DNA of 57,671 nt, counting the filler, from Jimgerdemannia flammicorona (lineage: Eukaryota), in the NCBI GenBank assembly GCA_003990765.1. It is 3 parts of 3 records of this genome, joined end to end, with 100 filler letters (N's around TTAATTAATTAA, not from the genome) between each part and the next. Parts side by side here need not be neighbours in the genome. Positions count along the whole stretch, not along the records: positions 1 to 19,161 come from RBNJ01002011.1; positions 19,262 to 38,422 come from RBNJ01002012.1; 1 more part is not named here. One strand, written 5' to 3'. This document shows, one piece after another, positions 12,987-24,420 of this stretch (its first letter is position 1; every line of letters starts with the position of its first letter). A program made the position numbers and the translations under genes. Under the pieces are notes generated by a model, which saw only the letters and a program-made list of their open reading frames with translations, was not told the origin of the DNA and made no database searches.

Positions 12987-13385
12987 TAGTATTTTCAAAA
13001 AATTAAATCAATTTGATTTAAATTAAATTAAGAGTCATTTAAATCAAATTGAATTGGGAATTTTTTAATTTGAATCAAGTTTAATTGAATCAAATTTGAA
13101 TCAAATTAAGGGTCTAATTTAAATCATATTTTTTGAAATATAATAACTTAACAAAAATATGTCCAAATTTTATGATCTTTAGCTTTTTAGATTTCCCTTA
13201 TATAGAGAAATCTAACAAGCTAAAGATCATTAAATTTGGACATATTTTGGTCAAATTATTATATTTTAAAAAATAGAGTTCAAATTAAATTACAAATTGA
13301 ATTAGGTCTTTGATTCAATTTGAATTAAATTGAATTGGACCTTTGATTGATTGAATTGAATCAAATTTGGATTTTGGGAGCACTA
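12987..13385. mobile_element. hAT-type non-autonomous element (MITE) with internal palindrome
   Basis: TIRs tagtattttcaaaa / ttttgggagcacta. 8-bp TSD ataataac (12979-12986) / ataataat (13386-13393). Palindrome with ~70-bp arms centred near 13200, plus ttgaa-type subterminal motifs. Confidence 0.8.
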
Positions 13386-13525
13386 ATAATAATTAACTCT
13401 ATTATGATAAGCTAGTAGAAAAATGTATCAAGTTATTATTCAAACAGCTTTCTCCACTACAATTCATGTTACACACACTTTACAACACACTTTCAAGTTG
13501 TTTATTGGAGAAAGCTATTAAGGAA

Positions 13526-15559
13526 ATGTCAACCAGTAAGCAAGCTGACATGCATACCAGGTCTGGCGGACCTGGGGCCTTCAACTGGCAGCATGTTGGG
13601 AGAGGGTATGGGCTGGGGATGAGGTCTTTCAGTGGCTCAGGTGGGCAGGACAGCTTGGGGAGTAGAAGTGGCACTGGTGGGGGGGCTGGAAGGCAGCAGG
13701 GAAGGAGCTTTGCAGACACACTGAGGACTGGGGGTTGGCCAGCAGGATCCCGTAGTGGTCAGGCAGGAGGGAAGGAGAAGCAGAAGAATGGTGCTGCTGT
13801 GGGAGCTGGGCCTTCACCAGGGAGAGGTGGTGGAGGTGGAGCTGCTGCTGGGGGTAGTGGCGGGACTGCTGATGGTGGCATGATGGTGAATCAGGAAAAA
13901 AAAGGAGATGTGACGGCTGATAGCCAGGGGGGGCAGGGGTTCCCGATGCGGAAGGGGGACCTGGCAGATGGTGTAACAGGGCTGGTGGTGGCCCCATTGC
14001 TCAAGAAGTCGATTTCGGAGTTCACAGTCAGCTTGTGCTTCTGGGGCTTGGCAGTGATGGCGAGGATGGTTCTGGGGCTGATTTCGAAGCAGGTGGTGGG
14101 GGCAGCCTCGGTGAAGTTCTTGAAGGGCTTGAAGGGGGTGGAGGTGGGCTTTGAGGAAGCAGGCCCACTGGATGAGGTCCTGAAGACTGGAGTCATAGTT
14201 GGTGAGGTAGTGGTCCCCATGGTGTGGTGCTTGAGGTGGGACCCCAGGGTAGTGTAGCTTCTAGTGAGGGGGGTGCCCACGGTGACTAAGGAGGAGACTA
14301 GGAAGAGGGTGGAGGAGGTGATGGTCGAGCATGGTGATGTGGTGGACATAGGCTTTCAGGTGTGGGAGGGGACCACACTCAGGACAGATGATGTTGATAT
14401 CAGAATTCGGCTGGCAGGCAAGGAGGTCACAGGGAAGACAAGTGACTGGCCTTCAGTACTGATGTGGGGAGCTGTTGTGTGCAAGGTATCGAGGGTGAAA
14501 GGGAGTGAAGAGGAGGAGGAGGACTTGTTAGAGGCACTAGAGAAGTTGGGTGGTGCTGTAGAGAGGAGGGCGAAGGCCTGGAAACTGTATGAGGAGTCGA
14601 CACATCTGGAGGTTGTGGGCAGGAAGTGTATTCATATGGACAGGAAGCAGTGGGAGTGGGTCCAGAGATGCCAGAGGCAGAGGGAGCTGTTGGCCAGTAT
14701 GACCAGAGGGGTGAAGAAGAAGTCAGTTGGAGCTGGGGAGTCTGGAGGTGTAAAGACCAGTGTCTGGGTGGGTAAAGGAGGAGAGGAGGGGGAGGCAAGG
14801 GTGGCAGAGGCTGGGAAGATGCTGGACAAGGACCCATTTGCTAATGGAACCTTCAAAGTATGGGAGCCAGAGTTGGATGCCACCCCCCCCCCACTTATCA
14901 GACAGGGCCCGGTGGGGAAGAGAGGGACGATAGAGGATACATGGATGCAGGGGGCCCAGCAGGTGCACTTTGGGGTCCCTGATGTAGTACAAGGGGGTCA
15001 GGTAGTGGCAGTTAGTGAGGAGGAGCTGGTGGATGTCCCTGAGGAGGAGTGGGATGAGGTTGCCAGTATAGGAGCAAATACTATGATGTTGGATACAGGG
15101 TAGCTGGGGACTCCAGGAGGGAAAGAGGTGGGAAACTTGTTGTGGATGCACAAGGTGATGGATAATCTTGCAGCAGAGGCTTTGGGGGAAGTGGACCTGT
15201 GGGCGATGCCTGAGGAGCATTGGGCACAAATTCTGCATGGTGATGGAATGTTGGAGGCACTGAAGGTGGAAATTCTGGCAATTTTCCTGGAGGAGGAGGG
15301 ATATGAGGTTGATGAGGTGAGGAAGACAGAGTTGGGGGTGGTTGCTGGTGAGTGGGTGACATACTGTTGGACAGAGTGTCATGGTCTGAGGCTCTGGCAG
15401 GAGGCCTGTCTGGAGTATCGGGAGGACTTTGAGGAGCATGAAGATGGGGCAATGGTAGAACTTCTTGGAGAGTTTGCAGCATGGGAAGCTGGGGAGAGGG
15501 AACTAGCTGCTGAACATAACTTGGACTTAGTACAGGAGGAGCGGAATGTGGACTTGTAG
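13526..15559 (+). pseudogene. LINE ORF1 (~677 codons: Gly-rich N-terminus, RRM-like core, acidic C-terminus) with two premature TAG
   Basis: ORFs 13466-14257, 14264-15103 and 15128-15559 are in one frame. The first stop is CAG in the 33 kb copy. LVRGVP...VEEVMVEHGDVVDI is RRM-like. Confidence 0.85.
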
Positions 15560-15590
15560 AGGATTGGACCACAATATTTCAGTATTCTTA

Positions 15591-18500
15591 ATGAACAGTT
15601 TCTCCTTGAATGTGAATGGGTTAAGAGGCTTTGGGTGGTGTAAGAACATTTTTACTTGGCTCAAGAGATTGGAGGCTGATCTCTTTTTACTATAGGATGT
15701 TCGGTGTGAGGATGAGGATGAGCAGGTAGAGTGGACTAGAGAATGGGGCGGGGCTGCTGCTTGGTTTGGAAAGGTAGCGATTCTGGTGAGGAGGGGCAGA
15801 GGAGACTTGGGGGGTATCAGGAGCTGGGGTGATCGCTTGGTCTAGGGAGATTGGCATCGACCAGAGTGGGAATTGGTGAGGGTGGGCTCTTGCTACTGCC
15901 CTGCCGTTAGGGGTGAGAGGACTGCGTGGATTAGAGGGCTGCTGGAGGAGGGTATTCTCTTGGAGGAAGGGGTTGATGTTCTTGGTGGAGACTTCAATAT
16001 GGTTTGGGATCAGCGTCTGGACAGAACTGATGGAGGGAGGAGTGCCAGGGGTAGAAGTGGAGGTCTGGATACATGGGAGGAGGTGGAGATATTGAGTTCC
16101 TTAGGGGATATGGGCAGAACAAGGTGGGGGATGACAGGGTCTACACACATTGGGTGAATGGCTTGGGCACAAGGATTGACTGGATTCTGATGGCAGAGTG
16201 CTGGGGTTCGGATGTTTGGAAGACATTGGGAGTGGAGTGGTGCCCATGGTCTGATCACTGGGGACTGTTGGGGCAGGGGCAGTTTGGGGGGAGTGGAGAT
16301 GGACCTGGACATTGGCACCTTAACTCCTCTCTGCTGGCTGAGAAGGGGTTGTGGGAATTGTGGGTGGAGGACATTCAAGCAAAAGTTTTGATTTGGCAGT
16401 ATGAAGGTCTGCCTGTGGCTGTCTGCTGGATGAGATTGAAAGAGGCTGCAAGGGTTTATTGGGGAGGGGCTGGCAGTGAGGCTGGGAGGCAGAGGAGGAG
16501 GCACATGAGGTGTGCTACCAGCAGGCTGAGGAGACTACAAATGGAGTGGGTGGATTTGCTCACTATTGTTGGGGTGGAGGATTGGAGGATAGAGAGGGCG
16601 AAATTGGAGATAGTGGAACTACAACAGGTGTTGAGGGATGAGGAGGAGACTCATATGCAGGGGATGGCTGCCAGGCTACGGTGGCAGGGGCTTGAGGAGG
16701 GGGAGTGGCCTACTAGGTACCTTTCAAGACTTCTCAAAGCTAGGAGGGTGCAGCATCAGTGGGATGGGGTCCTGGATGATGGTGGGGACATGGTACATGG
16801 TACACAACAAATCTTAGGGGTTCTGAAGGAGAGGTGGCAGGGTTTGTGGAGTGAGGGAGAAGGGGGTGCTGATGAGGCAGAGATTGCAGATACACTAGAA
16901 GAGTGGGAGCCGCCACAGGTAGCTGGTCTAGGAGACTTGATCTTACCGGTGCAGGGAGAGGAGATTCAGAGTATCCTGGCTGCGACTAAACTTGGGACAG
17001 TGCCTGGGGAGGATGGATTGCTGTGGGACTTCTGGAAGAAGATGGTAAATGTCCCTGGAGTTTTGGGTGAGATGGCTGCTCTGTGTGACCATGTCCTTCA
17101 GAGCAGTGAGTGGGTTGGAGAGCAGGATCTCGGACTGGTGGCCTTATTGTACAAAGACAAGAGGAGGAGGGAAGACTGGAAGAACTGGAGGCTGATCATG
17201 CTTCTGGATATGGACAGGAAGATGGTGACTAAGGTGATTGTTGCAAGGCTGCAGAAAGTTGCCCAACAGGTGCTGGGAGTGGAGCAGCAGGGCTTTGTTG
17301 GGGGCAGACTTATTAGAGATGGGACTGCATGGGTTCATGGTGTCATTGAAGGGGCCTGGGCCTGTGGACTAGATGGAAGGTTGGTCTTTTTGGATCAGGA
17401 GAAGGCCTATGACCATATACAGTGGGTGTGGCTGGGCAAGGTTTTGGACCGAATTGGTGTGCCCACAAGATTTAGGGCCTCTATGTTGAGTCTGCTGGAG
17501 AGTAGTCGGGCAGCTCTGATGTGTAATGGTCACCATGGGAGGGCATTTTCCTTGGGAAGAGGAGTACCTCAGGGGGACCCTCTATCCCCGATTCTCTATG
17601 CCCTTTCACTGGAGCCATTGATGGATAGAATTCACCAGAAGGTAGCAGGGCTCTCTATATATGGTATAGTGTAGAAGGTGGGGGCCTTTGCTGATGATAT
17701 GGTGGTTGGACTTGGGTCTGTGGCGGATGTAGAGATACTTCAGGAGACTGTGGAATGGTATGAGGCTCACTCAGGGGTAAAACTCAACTGGCATAAGTGT
17801 GAGACAATGGTGCTAGGGAATGGGCTAGTGGGTGGGAACATCATTGGAACAATTGTCCCTACTGGTGAGGTGGTGCAGTATCTGGGCATCTTCCTCTCTG
17901 TATATGGTTCTGTCTTGCCACAAGTGTGGTGGGAGAGCAGGGTGAATAGTTGGGGGGAGGCCCTTCAAGGATGGAGAGGCTGCCATATCTCTCTAGCAGG
18001 GCAGGTGTCAATCCTGAATATATATTGGTTCCCAAAGCTGTGGTATATGGCATATCACCTCGACTTCCCAGTGTGGGTGGTGAAGAAGCTGACAAAGGTG
18101 GCTAGGGATTGGATTTGGGCAGGGAGGAGGTCCCAGATCAGTTGGGATACTCTTGCGAGACTGGTAGTCAGGGGAGATCTTGGCCTGGTGGATTTCCCTA
18201 AGAGGCTGCACTGCTTGAGAGCCTGGTGGTTGAAGAGAGCTGTGGAATTGCAGGGCAGAGGTTGGGTGCCTCTGCTGCAGAAGGTATGGGAGATGTGGAC
18301 ATCTCCTCAAGGGTCCTCCGGGGATCTGCTCTCTTTGGTAGGGCTGAATGGAGTTTGGAGGCTGCGGTTCAAGGGTTTTTGGTGGGGAGTGGCCGATGGA
18401 GCACATCAAGTTGGCCTGCGCTAGCAAGGTAATGAGGGGGAGGCAGCATGGGGGCCTAATATATGGTATTGAGATAGACTACTCCTGGGGGGTACTCCCC

Positions 18501-19161
18501 TGGCTGCATTCGATATTGGGGAGGGAGTGGAGTGTCAGCAGGGGCTTGGCCAGGACCTTTGGCTGAGTGGCTGTCAGGCAGTTAGAATCGGAGAGGAGTG
18601 GGACTAGGCAGGCATCTGGTCTTGGAGTGCTAAGGTACAGAGGTGGCTTCCTCCCAAGTACTGGGTAGTATGGTGGAGAATGTTTTGGAGGAATGTCATG
18701 CTGAATTTCTGCTCAGGGCATTTAGAGGAGGGTGGACAATTTGACTGCGAGGAGTGTTATAATGTTGGGCAAGCTGGGGGTTATGTACAGACACCAGAAC
18801 ATTGGCTGAGAGAGTGTGAGGTTTTGGGGGACTTTTGGGCTGAGATAGGGGATAGACTGGGTGTGGGGCATTGGCTGGTAGGGGAGGGGGGTCGCGGGGA
18901 GGACTTAAGATCTCAGCTTGTGGGTGGGGTGGGGGATAGTTGGCTCACTGTAGGATGGATATTAGCAGTATGGATGGAACTGGCGAGACATTGGCTCTTT
19001 GTATTTGAGGAGGGGCAGCAGTTGGGACTGCATGAGAAGGTGTTAAGGTAAGAGGAGCTGGTGGGGGATCTGCTGACCAGATGGTGGGTGGGTTGGGGTC
19101 CTCAGGGGGGATGATGTTGTGGTTTGGTGTTGAAGATCTGTGAGCAGAGTGGTGGGAGGGT
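15591..19161 (+). pseudogene. LINE ORF2: APE endonuclease, RT, CCHC-like finger; frameshifts and stops
   Basis: APE motifs SLNVNGLR, GGDFN, RIDWIL, SDH. RT motifs QQGFVGGR, FLDQEKAYD, GVPQGDPLSP, FADD. Finger CEEC...EHWLREC. A 10-bp deletion follows the ATG relative to the 34.8 kb copy. Confidence 0.93.
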
Positions 19162-19261
19162 NNNNNNNNNNNNNNNNNNNNNNNNNNNNNNNNNNNNNNN
19201 NNNNNTTAATTAATTAANNNNNNNNNNNNNNNNNNNNNNNNNNNNNNNNNNNNNNNNNNNN
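19162..19261. other. Assembly gap / artificial linker
   Basis: 100 nt of N containing TTAATTAATTAA, which gives stops in all six frames. Confidence 0.97.
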
Positions 19262-19271
19262 GGTATTTATA
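19262..19271 (-). promoter_or_regulatory. Probable main LTR TATA box (gtataaatacc)
   Basis: Conserved in all three LTR copies. In the complete copies an aataaa follows ~20 nt downstream. Confidence 0.5.
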
Positions 19272-19346
19272 CAAAATATAATTCAATGGTTGCTAAGATA
19301 TAAAGCTAAATATAAATTCCAATAACTAAAACTACTGAGTTCCAGG

Positions 19347-19471
19347 GCTGGCATTATTTAGTACCACATCAAAATACCGGTGCTGGAACAATTTCGCATC
19401 ACCTCAGAATACTGGTGCTGGCATTATCCAGTATTACATGAGAATACCGGTGCTGGCATTATCCAGTATAA
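19347..19471. repeat. ~35-bp tandem repeats in LTR U3
   Basis: About 3.5 units of gctggcattatccagtattacatgagaataccggt between the ORF stop and the TATA box. Confidence 0.75.
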
Positions 19472-19481
19472 CAAAGAACTT

Positions 19482-20318
19482 TTAGAGCAGAAAGTTCAGG
19501 ATCATGGGAGCTTTATCATCATCATCATCACTGAAGGAGATGAGATCCACGAATTCGTCATGTAGGTCACGCGTCTCGTGTACTTCATCATTTTCGTGTG
19601 CCTCGATGTTGTGCGGGATGACATCATCGATGATGTCATCACGTTCGGGTGTGGCAGGAAAATCAGGAACAAGGTCTGGAGCTCTCCAGTCTATGAGGTT
19701 CTCCTCCACAAAATAGGAGACAAATGTGGGGTCTTGGGGGGATCTAACCCAGATGCTTGGGCCTTGGAATCCTGAGATCAATCCTTGCAGGAATTGGTCT
19801 GGGTTGTCCTGAAGGATAGGGTGCCAGAAGTCTTCTACTTCTTCACTGTTGAGGGTGATGGTGGACTGGGCTTCTGTAGCTACCCTGGCTTCTAGTGCAT
19901 TGATGCGGCGGGATGATAGGTCTCTGAAGTCTGAGACTCTAACATACTCCAAGTTGGGGATCGACCATGGTATATGCCTGAAGATCTGATGGATCTTCTT
20001 TGCTGTCCTTGCCTCACGTAGGTCTATGGGGGTGGCATCTTGTAGCTCTTGAGGGCTGGCCTGTGGGAACTCCCGGCAGAGGAGGTTTCCTATTTCGTAT
20101 TCCGGCCATATTTGGAGGCATTCGGTGGCAATGGTGATCCTTGTTTCCATTTCACAGCGGTAGAGGATAAAGTGATAAGGGTCTGCAGTACCCAGGTTGA
20201 TGCTAGGAGTCCTTCTTGAGCGGGTCCTCATGGCTCTTCTGATGTCTTGAAACATCCTTTCCTCGACCGAGATACCTTGATGATTCCTTGACCTTGAGGT
20301 TTGGTGGGCAGCAGGCAT
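19482..20318 (-). CDS. Intact 278-aa protein of unknown function encoded inside the family B LTR
   Basis: Uninterrupted ATG-to-TAA frame. The same frame is recognisable in two decayed LTR copies. Basic N-terminus, helical core, acidic tail. Confidence 0.8.
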   Translation of the reverse strand: MPAAHQTSRSRNHQGISVEERMFQDIRRAMRTRSRRTPSINLGTADPYHFILYRCEMETRITIATECLQIWPEYEIGNLLCREFPQASPQELQDATPIDLREARTAKKIHQIFRHIPWSIPNLEYVRVSDFRDLSSRRINALEARVATEAQSTITLNSEEVEDFWHPILQDNPDQFLQGLISGFQGPSIWVRSPQDPTFVSYFVEENLIDWRAPDLVPDFPATPERDDIIDDVIPHNIEAHENDEVHETRDLHDEFVDLISFSDDDDDKAPMILNFLL

Positions 20319-20396
20319 TTTGTTTGTGGTAAGTCTTTGAGCTATTTTGGGATTGGGGTTCTTGTTGGCTGCTGCTACTGCGGTTCCTTGATCCTT

Positions 20397-20404
20397 CTTT
20401 TATA
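20397..20404 (-). promoter_or_regulatory. Candidate internal TATA box (TATAAAAG) for the LTR ORF
   Basis: About 80 nt upstream of ATG 20318 and conserved in the other two LTR copies. Confidence 0.35.
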
Positions 20405-20619
20405 TTCTTTAAGATGCTTGTGCTGTGGTCACAATGACTCACAGTTGGTCATCGTTGCTCATCTTACATGCCATATAATCTTCTTGTACTCTGATCTGGT
20501 GGCTTGTAAAGAAAGGCTGTCTCCTGTGCTGATGTCATCATTCTGGGGTCACCGTTATATTATATTTCCACTCAAACTATACTTAGAATGAACTCTAACA
20601 ATATTAATTTTTCTTTATA

Positions 20620-22750
20620 TGATAATTAGCAAAATAGGTATATTACTTATTGATATATAGTACAATATTACAAGACTAGTAGATGATGTTGCTTTGTGGT
20701 GGGTTCTGCATATTAATTTCAATACAATCTATTTCCCCAGATAATGATACAAGATACAAACTTTGCATTTTTCTTGATATTTTGAGAAATGCTTGCTTGA
20801 GATAAGTCTGATAGGATCTAGGTTATGAGATTTAGTAATGCAATGCTTTCTTGGTGGTGGATCTGGTATCATTGACTCTTCTTTTATATGATTATATATT
20901 TTTCTTTATATTTCATTTTCTATTTCTTTTTCATTTGTAAGCTTTATAAGATCTTAAGCTAAATTAAGCTGAAATATAATATTAGTTATCATCAATCCAG
21001 TCATAGCTATCTGATACACTAAGTATAAATTGATGATTGTCATATCTAACAACCAAAAGAAAATTAGCACCCAAGTCTGTTTAGCTCTAATCTGTGTATT
21101 GTAATATCCATAAAATTGGTCAGCAATGTTAACTCCTCCTATATAATAGTTATAATTATCAATAACTTTTGGAATTGCTAGATCTTTTCATATATTCTTT
21201 CTCCAGATTTCTCAAACTTATATAGTATTATTAACTGTGGGTCTTAGATAGTACCAGTTATATATGATCTTCTATTCATCTCTAATAAGTTTATGAATTG
21301 TTATTAACATGGTGACCATACTATTATCTATTTATAGCAATGTCAGAACATCATTAACAATTACTTCCAAGATTATATTCTAATCATACATTGCTTTTTT
21401 TGCCAATCTTAAGTTAATCTGGGAATTGTTTCAACCTCTGTCTAACTGTTCTACATACTTCAATTCTCTTTAATCATAGATATTTGAATAATATAATACT
21501 GAAGAAGTAATTGTCCATATAGATATCAAATGCTTATATATCGAATAGCAACTATTTGACTAAGTGAATGACAGAAGAGACTGTTTGACTAAGTCTACTA
21601 ACTCTCTCAACCTCTCTATTATTAGTAATATGCAAAGTCAGGAGAAAGATCTATATATAACCATAATTATATAGTGTCAAAATTTTGAAGCCTTTAGGGA
21701 TTGGTTTAAGTTTCAATCAGTACATATGTATGCTTTTGCCTAAGAATCATATCATTATCTCATCAATGAATAGATTGGAACTTGAAAGATAGATAAATTA
21801 GAAAGTTGTTCAGATATGGGAAAGTAATGGTTCAAGCTTTGCATAATAGTTACCATTGTGAACACCATGTAGGGAAATGTGAAAGAATTGCTTGATTTGT
21901 TGGAACCAATAACAGGACATATATTCAAGTATTTTATGTATTGGTTTTCAAATATTATTATTTCAAATTCACTCTAGATCTCTACCTATATGGAAAATAC
22001 TAAAGTATATATAAATAGCAATGAAGATGATGAGCTCTGGTACTATCAGATCTTCCCACATTCTGCTAGTCTCTCCAGCACCCTTACTGTAGTATAGTAA
22101 TTTATATTAATAATGATGATCTTCAGCATTGTGTCAGGAAAGAAGAGATGAAAAACATTGATAATAGATAAGTTTTCACCAAGATGATCAGGAAGAGCAG
22201 AGAATCTTGAGAGAATACAGTTCATGTATTCAAGATGCAAAGGTAGAAGTGATAGGTAAGATATAGATTTTGCCCTACTTATTATTGTCAACTTTAGTAA
22301 TTGATGCTGTCAACACTATTGATGATTTATTTTTGCTCCCCTTTGGTCTTCCTCTCATTTGATGAGTTTGTTGACATTATATATCATCTGTTTTTTGCTG
22401 AAGGACTTATCAATGGATTCATCAACAGATTCATCTTTGGATTCTTTATCAGAGTCAAACTGCTCACTATTAGTTTTATTATTAATATATATCATTACTA
22501 TTGATGATTTGTTTTTGGCTCTCTTTGGTTTTCCTTTCTTTTATTTGATACTTTTGTTGACATTTTATATCCTCTGTTTTTCCTTTCCTCCAATAGATTT
22601 ATCAATAGATTCAATATAGTTATCATCATCAAGATTATCAGTGAAGTTATCAAGGTTATTAGCAAAGTCATCAAGATTATTAGTGAAGTTATTACTATTG
22701 CAGAGGATTCAAAAATGAAATTTCACTATAGCTTCAGCTTCTTGCTCTTG
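20620..22750 (-). pseudogene. Decayed piggyBac-family (DDE_Tnp_1_7-like) transposase
   Basis: Reads LFIDEIMI*FLG, KPIPKGFKIL, YMDNYF, IPKVIDNYNYYIGGVNIADQ (decayed YN..MGGVD..DQ). Decayed Cys-rich C-terminus near 20620-20680. Element termini not resolved. Confidence 0.85.
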
Positions 22751-22780
22751 AAATATATGAGAATAGTGAAGATTATATAA

Positions 22781-22860
22781 GGTAGGTGAGTGGGTGTTCT
22801 TATGGGTAGGTGGGTGTTCTTATGGGTGAGTAGGTGTTCTTGTAGATGGGTGGATGTTTT
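22781..22860. repeat. 20-bp tandem repeat (~4 units)
   Basis: Units resembling tatgggtaggtgggtgttct. Confidence 0.7.
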
Positions 22861-23079
22861 CTTTTATTAGTCCCTATATCCTTGTTCTCTTTATTTGATA
22901 ATTATATCAATGCATGACTTGTTTTCCCTTTATTACCTTTATTAAGGAGACAGAGAACAATATAGCCAGCAATGAGGCTAGTATTATACTAGATGATTGG
23001 TGCTTAGTGTATCCATCAATACTGCAACTTGAGCACCTTCAATATCTGCCCTTTAATATCTGCAACTTTGGAGTACAGT

Positions 23080-24420
23080 GGCAGATTCATTTCGGCCTCA
23101 ATAGGTTCTATCTTGATATATTACATTGGATATTTCTCAGATAATGACTACTCTTATTAATAGTGATTGTTCATGATATTTTAATATTTGCACAGGTTAA
23201 TTTTCAGTCTTAATAGATCCTATGTCAATACTTTATATAGAGAATTCATTAGCAAAGATATTGCAAAAGACCCAACATTTTTCAGATAATGACTACTGGC
23301 AAATTTGATGATATAGACAATTCATGTAATATTAGAGAGTCTGAACTAATGAAATTTGGCAATCACAGAGTTACAGGGGCATGCAGTATTAAAGGTAGGC
23401 TCTTTTTGCTTCCTCAAATATATCCAAAAAACCTGCAACAAGACTCATTCAAAGCTACTGCCTTTCTCCAATATATATGACTCTGATCTACTGTTTTACC
23501 ATATACTAACTTAAGTAGTATTGAAGACAAAAACACACTCCTCCCATATCTACCCCCCACCACCTTCAAGAGGTAGTTATGGTAGTTAGGACCAGTCATC
23601 CTCTGGTAAGGCTCTAAGCTTTATGAGATCCTCTGATATTTGATTTCTTCAGTAATTTTCTGATCTATATATATACACTACATATATATACTCAAATGGG
23701 GCAGCCTTTATTGCTAAGGCTTTAAGTTTATGAAAAATGCATTCTCAATATACCTCCATGTCTTTTTCTCACCTTTTTGTTTATTTTTACTCAATCAGAC
23801 CTCTGTCAACCTTACTTTAAAGCTAATGAGAGTCCTCTTTTTTTATCCTGAGCTTTAAAGATATATAGCTAAAGGATAGGTAGATAGGTGGTATACTGCA
23901 TTCTATACTATATTGTTATTCTTCACTATATTATTCTTTGGTAAGTTCATTTTTGGCCTCAATAGGTTCTGGTATAATACTTTATATAGAAAATTCATTA
24001 ACAAGAATATCATCAGAGATCTGATATTACTCAGGCAATAATTACTCTTTGTGGTCCCTCATTATCTTGTAATTCTATATGTAGAGTTCTGTGATTATTC
24101 ATATTTGGTAGGTTTATTTTTAGTCTCAACAGATTACAGCATGATGCTTTACATAGAGAATTCATTTGTAAAGATATTGCAAAAGATTTGATATTTCTCA
24201 GGTAATAACTACTCTTATTAATAGTTATCTTTCACATTAGTAGAGATATCTGCAACTCTAATACTCTTTAACATCCATCTATATATATATTGATAATTCA
24301 GCAGATTCATTTTCTTTAATATTCAGTCTTAACAGCTTCCTTTTCAATGCTTTATATATAGAATTCATTAATAACAGTATCATAAAAGAACTAATATTTT
24401 TTAGAGAACAACTACTAGAG
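23080..24420 (-). repeat. Dispersed ~110-bp repeat (~5 copies), probably a decayed repeat-protein gene
   Basis: Units near 23085, 23200, 23945, 24115 and 24305 share atagagaattcatt. The minus frame reads like LLPEKYQI..DIF.NEFS.*SI..EPIEAKNE. Confidence 0.55.

Larger units (their letters stand above)
13446..19161 (+). mobile_element. L1/Tx1-like LINE, near full length, 3' end lost at assembly gap
   Basis: 5' end (tctccactacaattca) is shared with the copy at 32646. Two ORFs. This is the least decayed copy. Confidence 0.95.
19262..20559 (-). repeat. Young LTR of gypsy family B (solo or 5' LTR), truncated by gap
   Basis: Homology to 28478-30032 and 49487-51086 stops exactly at tataacggtgacccc (20559), with no PPT in front. 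CpGs are retained. Confidence 0.88.

Noticed and set aside
13480..18427. Many Pro/Ser/Leu-rich antisense ORFs over the LINEs (also within 4.7-10.2 kb and 33-38 kb)
   Set aside because: These are shadows of the G-rich sense strand and are not consistently conserved as frames between copies.
19206..19217. TTAATTAATTAA palindrome within Ns (also 38467-38478)
   Set aside because: Artificial six-frame-stop linker, not a piggyBac TTAA site or biological motif.
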